NCBI GenBank assembly: GCA_053919585.1
Contig: CM132787.1
Origin: Euprymna scolopes
Taxonomy: Eukaryota
Reading direction: 5' to 3' (one strand)
Length of the DNA stretch: 64,000 bases
In this document: positions 24,936 through 36,136 of the stretch, piece after piece
How positions within the stretch are numbered: position 1 is the stretch's first letter
Layout of the letters: every line of letters starts with the position of its first letter
The notes under the pieces: model-generated
The model's database searches: none
Seen by the model: only the letters and a program-made list of their open reading frames with translations
What the model was told of the DNA's origin: nothing
Position numbers and translations under genes: made by a program

Positions 24936-27900
24936 TTTACATCCAATTATTTAATGGTTCGGGATTAACACAACACTACCTTAATAAAATTAATTGTGGT
25001 TTTATAACGATTTGATTAAATTAATAATTTAATTGCCTAATAATATCCTAATAATTTAATATCCTCTTCAAAATCTAATAAACAAATAAGTGACAAGCAA
25101 CAAAATATAACCCCTTTTACAGTTGAGATCCTTAAATACCAATACGTCTTCTACTGTAATAATTTCTAATTTTGGAATCTACTCTCGTTTTTTTTGTTTT
25201 CATCTAAACAGAATGTGAATGGCTATTTCACTGTTAAACTCCACGCAATCCTTTGCTAAAACTGATCCCAAAAATTGCGTTTTGCGTTCAAGTGACAATA
25301 CGCCATATTTGGGGTGAAAAAGTAAAAAAAAACATATAAGAAAAAACTGATAAATAAAGATATAATAAAAATGGCAGTAATGCGACGCCTGGATTACGCC
25401 GGGTAGGAACCGTAAGACATAAATAATAATAAAATCGTAAATTATAGTGTCATTTATTACTTTATGCTTTCGTTCTTTTATTTATAGAATATGCTGAATT
25501 CACTTACAGCTCGCTCGACTTAATCGATAACATTAAGTCAGGTTATCTATTTGTGAAATACTATCGAAAATCAAGCATAAAACGAACGGCCGATGTCGTT
25601 TTGATTCCGAACAAGATTGCGTCCGTTTACATCATGCAAGTATAATTTGCTTTCATGAATATTCGCAGAAAACAAAAGTCCCCATCTTCCCTTGTCGTTT
25701 AGATTGAAAATGAATTGCGGCTAAACGCCATGATATCATGAACGAATTCTCCAAAAAGTTAAAATGAGGTTGATTATTAAATGAAAAGAATGTCTCAAGT
25801 AGAACATACTATATTCATATACTTACGAAGTTACAATATTTTGGCTCTGATCTACCTCGTCTACTAACAACATTATTGCTCAGTTGACTTATACCTCTTT
25901 TGTTAGTTAAAAAGAATGCCAATTTTGTCTACTTTTAAAACAAAATATGGAAAATTGGTGACAATTTTCACATTAACAAATATATCAAACAGTCAGCGTC
26001 TTAAACAAATAGTTCGGCGTAACGACTACATGCATAGGTCATATATTTAGCTTGATGACGGGAGGTGACGGCGATTACGTGCTTAACAATACGAATTGAC
26101 GACTTGGGTGTCCCACGATCGAATCCAGTTCTTTCCATCAAATCATTTTCACTGAAAATGTTGGCAACCTTCACTTGACCCTTCTATAATAACCCGATAT
26201 CTTTCTAGAAATAATTCTTACCAGTAAAATACCGAAAAAAACAACGTCAAGAACAGAATTTTCTAGTTCATACGGTAAGAATGAAAGCTTGATGATTTCC
26301 TGCCGAAATGAAACATCAACAATTACATTTTTATATTAAGTATTCATAAATAGCAATGTATTGGGAAAAAAACTATTTTTCCTTTATGGTTGTATCATCC
26401 AATTAAAAATATTTTTACCAATTTGGTTGCTTGATTTGTGCACCTCTGTAGTTAATCAATTGAAATTGGTTTTTAAACTATTTAAGCGATATTTTTTAGT
26501 GTTTTTTAAAGATTGTTATTCAGTTTTTTTTATTGTTTGTCCGTTTCCTTTTTTATATTTTCTTTATTTGTGCGCTTTTTCTTGTTGTACTAAACCGCCT
26601 TTCCATGTTATATGCGACTGTTCATATATATAAGAGGTTCAGCCAGTCTGGAATTTCCCTCGGTCTAACAGGAGCACATTTGAAATAGCATCGCGTTTGT
26701 TGTGCATCAATAAGATTCGAAAATTCCCGATGATCTCTCACGCTTAACTGTCAAGTAGCATTTTTTGATTATTTTAACCGAACCTCTTGATAAAGCGAAA
26801 CTGACAGAAATAATTAAGGAAAAACTTGATTAGAACGTTTATTGATATAGAAGGATGCGGACAATTCCAGCCAGCTTTGCAGTTAATGACTCGTCGAAGC
26901 AAGGGAAATCTAAAATTCAACCGCGCTGATTTGGGAACGATAATAACATTCAGATAATAATAATATTTCACTATCGAAACAATTGTTTGGCGATGAATCG
27001 TACTGGGTTGTTGTTTTGCGTTCACTAAAAGCTGGGATGACCTTTGGGGCTAAGGATGTGAACTGTATCGGCGTGGGAAACTTATCGTTGGAAAATTGCA
27101 TGATTCCGTAATGTGGGCAGTGACCTATCGATAAAGAAGCGATTTTTAGTAGTGATTTTGTGAAGAAAAATATCCTAGTTTGCCAAACTCAACGCGTTAC
27201 CCAGGTACAAAAGCACTGGGAGAAGCAAATTTTGCTAGTTTTTGAATAAGCTCCCAGCTGCCTACGTCTCTTCATCTATACCGACCACTCGCCCGTACTC
27301 TCACTGACCACTAAGCCGAGGGGAATACTAGAAGAAAGAGATAGAAACTAACTGTTACATTCAACTGTGAATAATGGTGTTGCTGCAAAAATGTATTCGA
27401 AATTTAATTCCACTGTATAATACAGAACTTTGTAGGTTGGGAGTTTTATTTGATAATATAATTTTTGTAAAAAACAAGGAACTGGCGACTAAAGTTTTAT
27501 TTATTGTATAAGGGATTAATAACTTAACTATCAGGCTGAACAGTCTGCTCGGATTATTCTCTTACAGGGGACAGTTACCCCAGCACCGGGAACAAGCTGT
27601 GTCCCACGGATAAAAAAGAAACACGGCGTGAGCGTGCGCCACACCTATTTCCATGAAAACTTTGAATTGTTTACGGTTGTTTTCTTTTTTATTTTCGAAT
27701 TTGCGGACTACATTTGGAAAAGGAATGACCACGATCAAAATAAAGGAATTACCCTGTCATTGCATAGACGATCAAGACCAAGCTGTTGAACTTTATTAAG
27801 TGTTCCGAAATCAAAACGATCTGGAACTGCACTTACGAACCGTTGGACACAATGGAGTATTTGTCGGGGTACATTTGAGGCCGTATAACCAGGATACACC

Positions 27901-28097
27901 CTGTGCTATCACAAAACACAACATCGTTCCTGGCTACTAAACGATCACGAACTTTGGTTACAGTTGGTGTCAGTCACACAAAATTTCATCTTTGGGGATT
28001 TTGTCAACCCACGGTGGACAGGTGAGTTAATTTTTCTTATGACAGGGGCTATTTTACCTTTGTTGTTGGTGTTGGCTTTTGAGGGCGAATAGTAATG

Positions 28098-28143
<46 letters not shown>

Positions 28144-28559
28144 AAGAGAGAGAAAGAGAGAATAATTAATTGTAAAAAGAGGCTACTGAGTGACATGAAT
28201 CTATTCTAAACTGAAGAATAGTTAACCTTTTTTTAACTACCGATTGGAATGCTATGTTTTAAAGTAAAAATAGTTGACGTTTTTAAAGAAAAAGATATAA
28301 CTATCTTATAAGAGTCATATTTGTGGGTGAAGAATAGTTAACGCTTTTCCCCAACTACTAATTGGTACGAGCAATATTTTAAAGTGGAGAATATTTTATG
28401 GCTTTACATTGTCGAATGGCATCACTCGTTTTATAAACAAATAAATTTGTAATTTTGTAATTACAATTTTTAAGTCGTATTTTGAAAAAAAAAGGAGACT
28501 GAATTTGACGTGTAATGTATGTTGTTAATTAGTAATTGAATAATTTGAGAATGAGTGCT

Positions 28560-29260
28560 CAGACGGGATCAGAGTTTTCGATAGTGACTCGAGAGAGTCG
28601 GGTAGGTGGTTCCAGATGTCAGTAAGGGACCGATTGTTTTGTTGACGTATGAGGCGACCGGGGGATTGGCGTCGCGATTTATCGGGCGGAAACTTTGGGA
28701 GAACTCTTTATTGTCCTGGGAGAAGCTGCGGTCATCACGATTAAAAGAGTTCTCTAATGAGAGGACGCTTTGGACGCGGTCAGTGAGCTACGCAGACTCC
28801 GGTTGCGGGTTGAAGAGGATATGGCTTTACTGGCGGAGAGAGTTTCGATTTTAGCGGTGATCTGCTTTCCTCACAGGTCGGTGAGACAGTGGAAATGTCC
28901 AAACTCTATTAGCAGATGTGCTTGGAGAGGCGTTGGTAGAGAGAGGCATTAGGGCAGATGTCTTTGAATGCAGCCCGATCATAATGTAGCAGACCTTCGA
29001 TTTTCACTTGGCCAAAGAGAATGTTTTGAAAGGTCACCAACGTGTTAAACATTCTCGACCTAGAATTGTCAGTAAAATCTCGCTGCGCACTATGTCGAAA
29101 CCAGAGGAAAACTGGGAGAAAAACCGTTGGAATATGGATTCGGTCTATCCGAGATTTGGTCAGTTCGAGCACGAATCTAAGTGATGCACTAATACGGCAG
29201 ATTGCAGACTGGGCATTACAACTGAGAGTGGATGATGCCCCACAATCCTCCAAATGGCAA
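28560..29260 (-). mobile_element. Possible decayed Gypsy-like gag remnant
   Basis: Minus-strand peptides IHIPTVFLPVFLWFRH...MFNTLV...YDRAAFKD...ASLYQRL and ITAKIETLS...RNRSLRS loosely resemble invertebrate Gypsy gag N- and C-terminal patterns. No LTR or pol was seen. Confidence 0.3.
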
Positions 29261-29545
29261 AGCTCAGAGAATCGACGCCGCTTCCACCTAAGGATGGGGA
29301 TATTGTTATTATGAGATGAATGGTTGAAAAATCAGGGGCGAAAATCAGTGAAACAGCCGACCCTATTGATAATCTAATGAGTAGAATATTAATGTGTATG
29401 TTTCATGTTAATTTGTGCATAACAATAGCTTGTAAGCATTTAAACTAATTACTCTATGAAAGAATATTGTGTGTGTGTGTTTTGTTGTTATTGTGTTCTG
29501 AACAACACCTTGAAAATCTTTAAACTGACTATTCTACAGAGAGAA

Positions 29546-29590
<45 letters not shown>

Positions 29591-30126
29591 TGGAATCAGA
29601 GGAATAACTGCAAAAGTACAACGCCTAACGATAATGAAAACGACTGAAATATTAAGGAAAACACTTGAATGCGGAGAATAATACAAGAAGACAATATAAC
29701 GAATAAGCGTTACAGAGAATGAAGAACACCGAAGCTGCATATCTACAAGTTCTACACCCCCATCATGCATCTCCCCATAGTTTCACCACCGCTCCTCCAA
29801 TAAAAATAGTGTCACCAAAGAGCTGAGAAGGACTGAAAGATCGAGGAGAGAGCGCTGACCAGACCTCGGTTAGACAAGCGGAAAGAGAACTGAGACTTTG
29901 GGGAAGCTTAGTGCCACTTAAATTCCAGTATAAACCAATGGCCATTGTCGGCGAGAAATCAATGGTAAGAGGCTGTTGGGTTTATGCAAATTCATTTGCA
30001 AATGCTATCGAAGGAGGTGGAGAGAACTGGACGTCTGGAGAAACTTGTTGTCACTCAGCCTCTAGAGAACACCACAGGTTTCCAATCAGATCGTTTGTTG
30101 ACTTGTGTGAAAGCTCCATGTTAGCC
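29591..30126 (+). mobile_element. R4/Dong-type LINE 3' end (ORF C-terminus plus 3' UTR) inserted in (AAT)n
   Basis: Encodes GIRGITAKVQRLTIMKTTEILRKTLECGE*. Flanked by (AAT)n at 29545-29590 and 30127-30180. Homologous to 37345-37895 and 54684-55220. Confidence 0.85.
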
Positions 30127-30187
<61 letters not shown>

Positions 30188-32689
30188 AATAAGATATGAT
30201 GAATATATTCTAGATGTGCTCTGATGCTGTTCGTTCTTAACGATAAATTAAAAACATTTAAACTGACGATTAAACAGTCATTAGGCCAGGCATCTTTCCG
30301 AAAAGAAAAGAAAGAAAAAGAACAGCTACGCAAAGACGGAACGTATATCACTTAACCTATTATATAAGAAGCGAAGACGACGGTACTAATGATATTTTTT
30401 TTTGTTTTCATAACAAATATTTTTAATGTAATTGAACAAGAAAAAAAGCATTCTTAGTATTTTGCGTTATAAACGAAGCCGAACCTGTAATTATATCTAT
30501 ATATATCCGTGTTGGGTGAAAATAGAAGAAAACAAAAAGGAAAAAATAAAAAATAAAAACTTGTGCACCAAGCAACACACGTAGGGTCAGACTGTTTTTT
30601 TTTTTTTTACACTGGCGACTAAACAGGACAACAGGTTACAAATAGAATTATTATCAATGATTCACAGCAAGTTAATCCGACGTTGCCAAGATTGCGACAA
30701 TTTGGTTTTAAGCGAATTTTGTTATGTTTTTAACTCTGAGTGAATAGAGAAATCATCACATGCTAATGAGGAAGGCCTGGTTGAGCGGTGGTCGACGGTT
30801 GGGAAGATTGAGAGTTGAGTTATCTTTGTTCATCGACCTGGTAGGTGTGGCCGGATAAGGACCCTGTTTGGCCATGTTACTGGCGGTGATGGGGGCTGGT
30901 CGGCCAAGTGTGCCTCCACTAGCGATCGCTTTAATACTCGGAGTGATTCTAGTTGGTGTGTGTTCGATAGGCAATTAAGGCAATTAGAATAAGTAGTTTT
31001 CAGAAATAATAAAAACATCAGGTAATGAAATAAATTCTAGGATTTTGAAGTAAGTTGGAAGCTTTAAACTTGCTATTCCCGAATAGTATGAGGAGTTAAA
31101 TGTGAACATTGTAGTTCCTCCCCAGCTGGCACGCCTATGTTGTTTTATATTTGGGACCATGGGGAAGAAATTGAGATGAAAGATTTTGTTGCCGTCGGTT
31201 GGATCGATGCACTAGAAATGTACGTGTGTGTGTGTGTATCTGGTTGGTGTGCCTGGAAATTTTTGTTGATCTCGTAGGAGAAAGAATTAATTGTATTGGG
31301 AATTCTGTATTGTATTGTATTTGGGAAATTCTGGAAAAAAAGAAAAAAAGAAACAGTTTAGTTGAGGACGGACTAGATTGGGAAAGGAAGGGGAGTGTCA
31401 GAAAAAAAAAAGAAAAAAAGAAGACGAAAAAAGAAAAAATGGATATTTGGATAGGATTTGTTCAATGAGGTGTGAGAGAAAAAAAATCTGGAGAGTGTTT
31501 TTTAATTTGCAGATAGCTGGATAAGGATGTGAGTGGGGGTCAATGATGAAGAGACCTCCCCAATGTTAAGTGTAGGGAGAAATCAGGTGACCGTAAACCA
31601 CTGACGGCAGCGCGCCTGGGCGGGGCTGGGATACCAATGAGTGCCCTCCACCAAAACCTGGATAGGGTGCATGGGCTGCAACTATCGACAAAACCCAAAG
31701 TTGCAGCACAGTCAATCCCTAAGCCATTATTAACAAAAAAAAAGAAAAAAAAGAATGAAAAAAAAAACAAATATAAAAAGTGCAAATATTTTTCTGATTG
31801 TTTTATGAATTATGAGAAAGAGAAAATGAACAAGTAGTTAAAGTGTGTATGAGCCCTCTTTTGATAGTGAACTGAGCATGGTTATCTTTCCTCAGTTGCA
31901 TGCACATAGATTAAGGCATAGAGAAGGACCGAATATTGAGAAAAAAATGAAAAGAAAAGAGAAACTGTTTTGCATGTACATGGGTTAGTCACCTTAAAAG
32001 GACTAGTAGAAAAAAAAATGAGAGTTTAACAATCGAGAAAAAAAAATATGCATGTATACAATCTCATACACCAAGATAAGCAAAACCATTAGAGCAGAAC
32101 ATTTTTGCATACCAACCGGACCATTGATACAGGAACATTTTTGCATGCCGAATGGACAATTTTTGTCAGTTGCTGTTAATTGACCTAGACTGTAGAATTA
32201 CTAGTTTCGGATCCGGCTTCTGATGCGGGTCGCGTATATGCCAATTATGGCTAATTGACAGGTGTAAGGGGAGGGCGGATGTGACGGGACACCGGACGAT
32301 GCCGGGTGTCCCGTTCAGCTAGGTGAAGATAAGAATGCTTGTGGCCGGGGAGGGGGCGTGCTGATACTGTGTCAAAGATTAAGACAAGCGTTTATGAGAT
32401 CCTTGGGAGACATATCTGTTTTAATAGCGGAAAAAAAAGGAGATTATTTTTCTAGTTGGATCTGGTGAGAATGAGTTTCAACTAACGTAATTGATTCGGA
32501 CAGTCTCGAGAATTGGGTTCCAAAATGTCTGCTCGGAGTCGGGGACCCGTGGTTTTAACTCAGAGACCACCAAGCTAGTTTGACAGATATGTTCACAAAA
32601 CAATAGAGAAAAGGAAAAGAATAAGAAAAGCTGTTTTCTAGGTTGGCAGTATTTTTGCGAACAGTTGGCTGAGATGGGTGAAATTTTCT

Positions 32690-35600
32690 GTTTCTATGTC
32701 TATCCTTGTAGCCATGTCACTAGTAAGGGTGCTGGAGGTAAACGTTTTGTCTGGGCTGACGTTATCCGCCTGATAGTCAGGGACCCGAACCTTGGATTAA
32801 CCACTAAGGAGGCTGTCCTATCAGCAGGTGCAAAGTACTGGGGCTGCTGTATTGCCATTTGGTGAATGGATTCTGGACCATGCAGTAGCTTCTGGTGGGG
32901 CCTCTCGATGCCATACTAGTGGGTAATTGTTACGGCTTTACCTTATCATTAACTACAAATAAAAAATAAAAAAAAATTCTTCGTTTCTTTTTCTCTCTTA
33001 ATTTCCCCTCTCTGTCCTGCTCTAAGTAAATCTGTCGACCTAGTCCACAAATTCCAAAATTTCATCATGACAAGTTTCAAGAAAAAATACACGATTAAAC
33101 CCGGTTCCCCAACTTCCAACGTAGACCCCTACTACCATGTCTCCTTCTCCAACATCAGGGGTCTTCGTTCTAACCTTCCAGAGGTTGAAACCCAATTACA
33201 GGAGACTAAACCAGACCTTTTATTTTTAAGTGAAACTGGCATTGGACAGGCTATTTCCCTAGATGAGTTTGCAATTTCAGGATACTCTAACTTAACTTCT
33301 AAATCTGACCCCCAAGATCGCCATGGGCATGGAATATGTGCCTATATTAAAGATAGCTTTCCATGTGGGAGGGACATCTCCAGGGAAGATCCTAACTTAC
33401 CCTATATGTGCTTCCGGGTTGCTTTAGCTCACACTACTGCATTTATATTTACTCTCTATCGCCCCCACAACAGTGGAGTTACTATCTTTCAAAGCATATC
33501 TGAGAAAATTGACCAAGTCCTTTCTACTTATCCTTCAGCTAACATTCACGTATGTGGAGACTTCAATGTTCACAACGTTGAATGGTTGACCCACTCAAAC
33601 AAGACCGATGATGAGGGGAGGTTCTGTCATGATTTCTCCATTGTCTATGACCTCACTCAGATTGTTCAGGAACCTACCCGTGTGCCCGATAATGATGGCC
33701 AGTATGCGAGCCTACTAGACCTTTTTCTCACAACTTGCCCTGAACTATGTTCAGTTTCTGTTCTGTCGCCTCTTGGATCTTCCGACCACTCTGTTGTATC
33801 AATTAAGATAAAAATGAAATGTAATAAGTCCCCAGATGTACCTCTTCATCGTACAGTATATCGATACACTAAGGCTGACTGGGATAGCTTCCGTACATTT
33901 ATATCTGATCTACCTCTGCATTCCATGTTTAAAAAGGATGTGTCCTCTATAGTATTAGACCTAACTGAATGGTTAATTGTAGGTATTGACCATTTCATAC
34001 CCTCTAAAAAGTTTCAGAAAAAACCTAACAGCCAGCCATGGTTCTCTCCAGAATGTGCTGCTGCCATTGCGCACAGAAATCACTTTTTCCACTGCTTCAA
34101 ACGTAATAGATGTATGGAAACTAAAGCCGTTTTCAGGACTGCCAGCAACCATTGTAAGAAAGTAATAAGGAACGCAAGAGAGTTGTATGCTCAATCTGTT
34201 AAGTCCAAAGTAGCTGAGCAGCGGCTTGGTTCCCACCAGTTTTGGCAAATAGCAAACAGAATCCTGAACAGAAGCGTGTGCTCCATCCCAACTATTATCA
34301 ATGGACCTGAGGTAATCTCGTCAGCATCAGACAAAGCCAAACTCTTTGTCAAGAACTTTGCAGCAAATTCTACCCTTTGCGACCAAGACCGCCAACCCCC
34401 AATATTTCCTCCTGTATCAGAAAACACGCTATGTGATATACGTATATCTGTACGTGATGTTGCGAAGCTAATCAAAAACCTTGATTCGAGTAAAGCAACT
34501 GGCCCTGATGGTATTCCAATTATAGTACTCAAAAAACTTCAACCTGAATTAGCGCCCATACTTACAAAACTGTTTAAACGTTTTCTTAAGGAGAATAGTT
34601 TCCCATCTCCCTGGAAAACCTCATCAGTATGCCCTGTATTTAAGAATTCAGGTGATCGCTCATCCCCCTCTCAGTACAGGCCAATAAGTCTCCTGTGCGT
34701 CATGAGTAAGTTGCTAGAATCTGTGTTAAATACAGAAGTAATCAAACATCTCAACAAAAATAACCTTCTTAGTGACACTCAATATGGTTTCCGTTCTGCT
34801 AGATCTACAGCAGATGTCATTACAGTTATATCGCATAGGATTAGCAAATCTCTCGACGGTGGCAATCTTTCTAGAGCAATTGCTCTTGACATATCTAAAG
34901 CCTTTGATAGGGTATGGCATAAAGGTTTACTTCATAAGATCGCTAGCTATGGTATAGCTGGAAAAGTCTTCTCAATTATTAAATCATTTCTTTCTGATAG
35001 GTTCATAAGAGTAGTAGTTGAGGGGCAAAAATCAGAAGCTCACAGTATTAATGCCGGTGTCCCTCAGGGATCCATCCTGGGCCCAACTCTTTTCCTGATC
35101 TACATTAATGATCTTCCAAATCATATCCTTACATCATTTGTAGACATTTATGCTGACGACACTACCATTTATGGTACCACATCTAAGACAGTAAACGACC
35201 AAGTTCTCTCCAATTCTCTCTCCTCTGATCTTGAGCACGTAGTACAATGGGGAAAGGAGTGGCTGGTTACTTTTAATGCATCTAAAACCAAGCTTCTCTC
35301 TTTACATCATCAACATTCTAATCCACATTTGTCATCAATTGAAATGAATGGCTCTCGTCTTCAGGAGGCCTCAAGTTTTGACAAGCTTCTGGGCTTGACC
35401 ATTACTCCTGATCTTAAATGGAACACGTATATCAAATCTGTTGCCAAGGCCGCTGGAAAAATGGTGGGATCTTTCTATCGATCCAGTAGATATCTCACTG
35501 CTGATGCTATTCTCTACCTATATAAGAGCCAGGTACTTCCAAGGATGGAATACTGTTGCCACATCTGGGCAGGAGCTGCTAGAAAGGACTTGTCCTGCCT

Positions 35601-36099
35601 TGATAGAGTTCAAAATAGACTTCGTAGCCTCGTAGGAGATGTCCTTTTCTCCTCCTTGCAACCTCTATCTCACAGAAGAGATGTTGCGAGTTTGTCTCTG
35701 ATGTATCGTTATTTTCATGGAAAGTGTTCAACTGAGCTTCAATCTTTGGTCCCCCCTCGCCAAACTTTCACAAGAAACACTCGTCTAGCTGTAAACACTA
35801 TCAATAATTTCCCCCACTCTTTATCTGTGGCTAAACCTAAACGTAGATTCCATGAACAAAGCTTCTTTCTTAGAACTGCACGCCTGTGGAATTGTCTTCC
35901 GTTTTCCTGCTTTCCGGCTGACTACAATATGGTTGTGTTCAAGTCTAAAGTAAATAAGTTCTTGATGAGCCGTTCCATATAAGTTATTAAATTTTCCAAA
36001 TTTTCATTACTAATGATTACTATATTGACCAATTTCTACTGTACACTCTTTAACCCTTATCCTTGAGTGGCCTCTGGGCCTTGATAATGTGGTTATGCC

Positions 36100-36134
<35 letters not shown>
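32690..36134 (+). mobile_element. LINE family B, full-length candidate (5' boundary approximate)
   Basis: GC-richer leader, intact ORF, about 120-nt 3' UTR and about 30-nt poly(A). Confidence 0.9.
33067..35982 (+). CDS. APE endonuclease-reverse transcriptase polyprotein (971 aa) of a non-LTR retrotransposon
   Basis: Uninterrupted ORF with NIRGLRSN, LSET, GDFNVH, SDH (APE catalytic motifs), YRPISLL, QYGFR, DISKAFD, GVPQGSILGP, YADD and the C-terminal MEYCCHIW and RTARLWN. Confidence 0.95.
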   Translation: MTSFKKKYTIKPGSPTSNVDPYYHVSFSNIRGLRSNLPEVETQLQETKPDLLFLSETGIGQAISLDEFAISGYSNLTSKSDPQDRHGHGICAYIKDSFPCGRDISREDPNLPYMCFRVALAHTTAFIFTLYRPHNSGVTIFQSISEKIDQVLSTYPSANIHVCGDFNVHNVEWLTHSNKTDDEGRFCHDFSIVYDLTQIVQEPTRVPDNDGQYASLLDLFLTTCPELCSVSVLSPLGSSDHSVVSIKIKMKCNKSPDVPLHRTVYRYTKADWDSFRTFISDLPLHSMFKKDVSSIVLDLTEWLIVGIDHFIPSKKFQKKPNSQPWFSPECAAAIAHRNHFFHCFKRNRCMETKAVFRTASNHCKKVIRNARELYAQSVKSKVAEQRLGSHQFWQIANRILNRSVCSIPTIINGPEVISSASDKAKLFVKNFAANSTLCDQDRQPPIFPPVSENTLCDIRISVRDVAKLIKNLDSSKATGPDGIPIIVLKKLQPELAPILTKLFKRFLKENSFPSPWKTSSVCPVFKNSGDRSSPSQYRPISLLCVMSKLLESVLNTEVIKHLNKNNLLSDTQYGFRSARSTADVITVISHRISKSLDGGNLSRAIALDISKAFDRVWHKGLLHKIASYGIAGKVFSIIKSFLSDRFIRVVVEGQKSEAHSINAGVPQGSILGPTLFLIYINDLPNHILTSFVDIYADDTTIYGTTSKTVNDQVLSNSLSSDLEHVVQWGKEWLVTFNASKTKLLSLHHQHSNPHLSSIEMNGSRLQEASSFDKLLGLTITPDLKWNTYIKSVAKAAGKMVGSFYRSSRYLTADAILYLYKSQVLPRMEYCCHIWAGAARKDLSCLDRVQNRLRSLVGDVLFSSLQPLSHRRDVASLSLMYRYFHGKCSTELQSLVPPRQTFTRNTRLAVNTINNFPHSLSVAKPKRRFHEQSFFLRTARLWNCLPFSCFPADYNMVVFKSKVNKFLMSRSI

Positions 36135-36136
<2 letters not shown>

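Noticed and set aside
27563-27905. Possible Tc1/mariner relic bounded by tacagggg ... caccctgt
   Set aside because: The terminal match is too short and the internal coding similarity is not convincing.
31543-31604. C/D-box snoRNA-like pair (ATGATGA ... CTGA)
   Set aside because: No terminal stem, and the segment before box D resembles sense rather than antisense rRNA. Likely chance.
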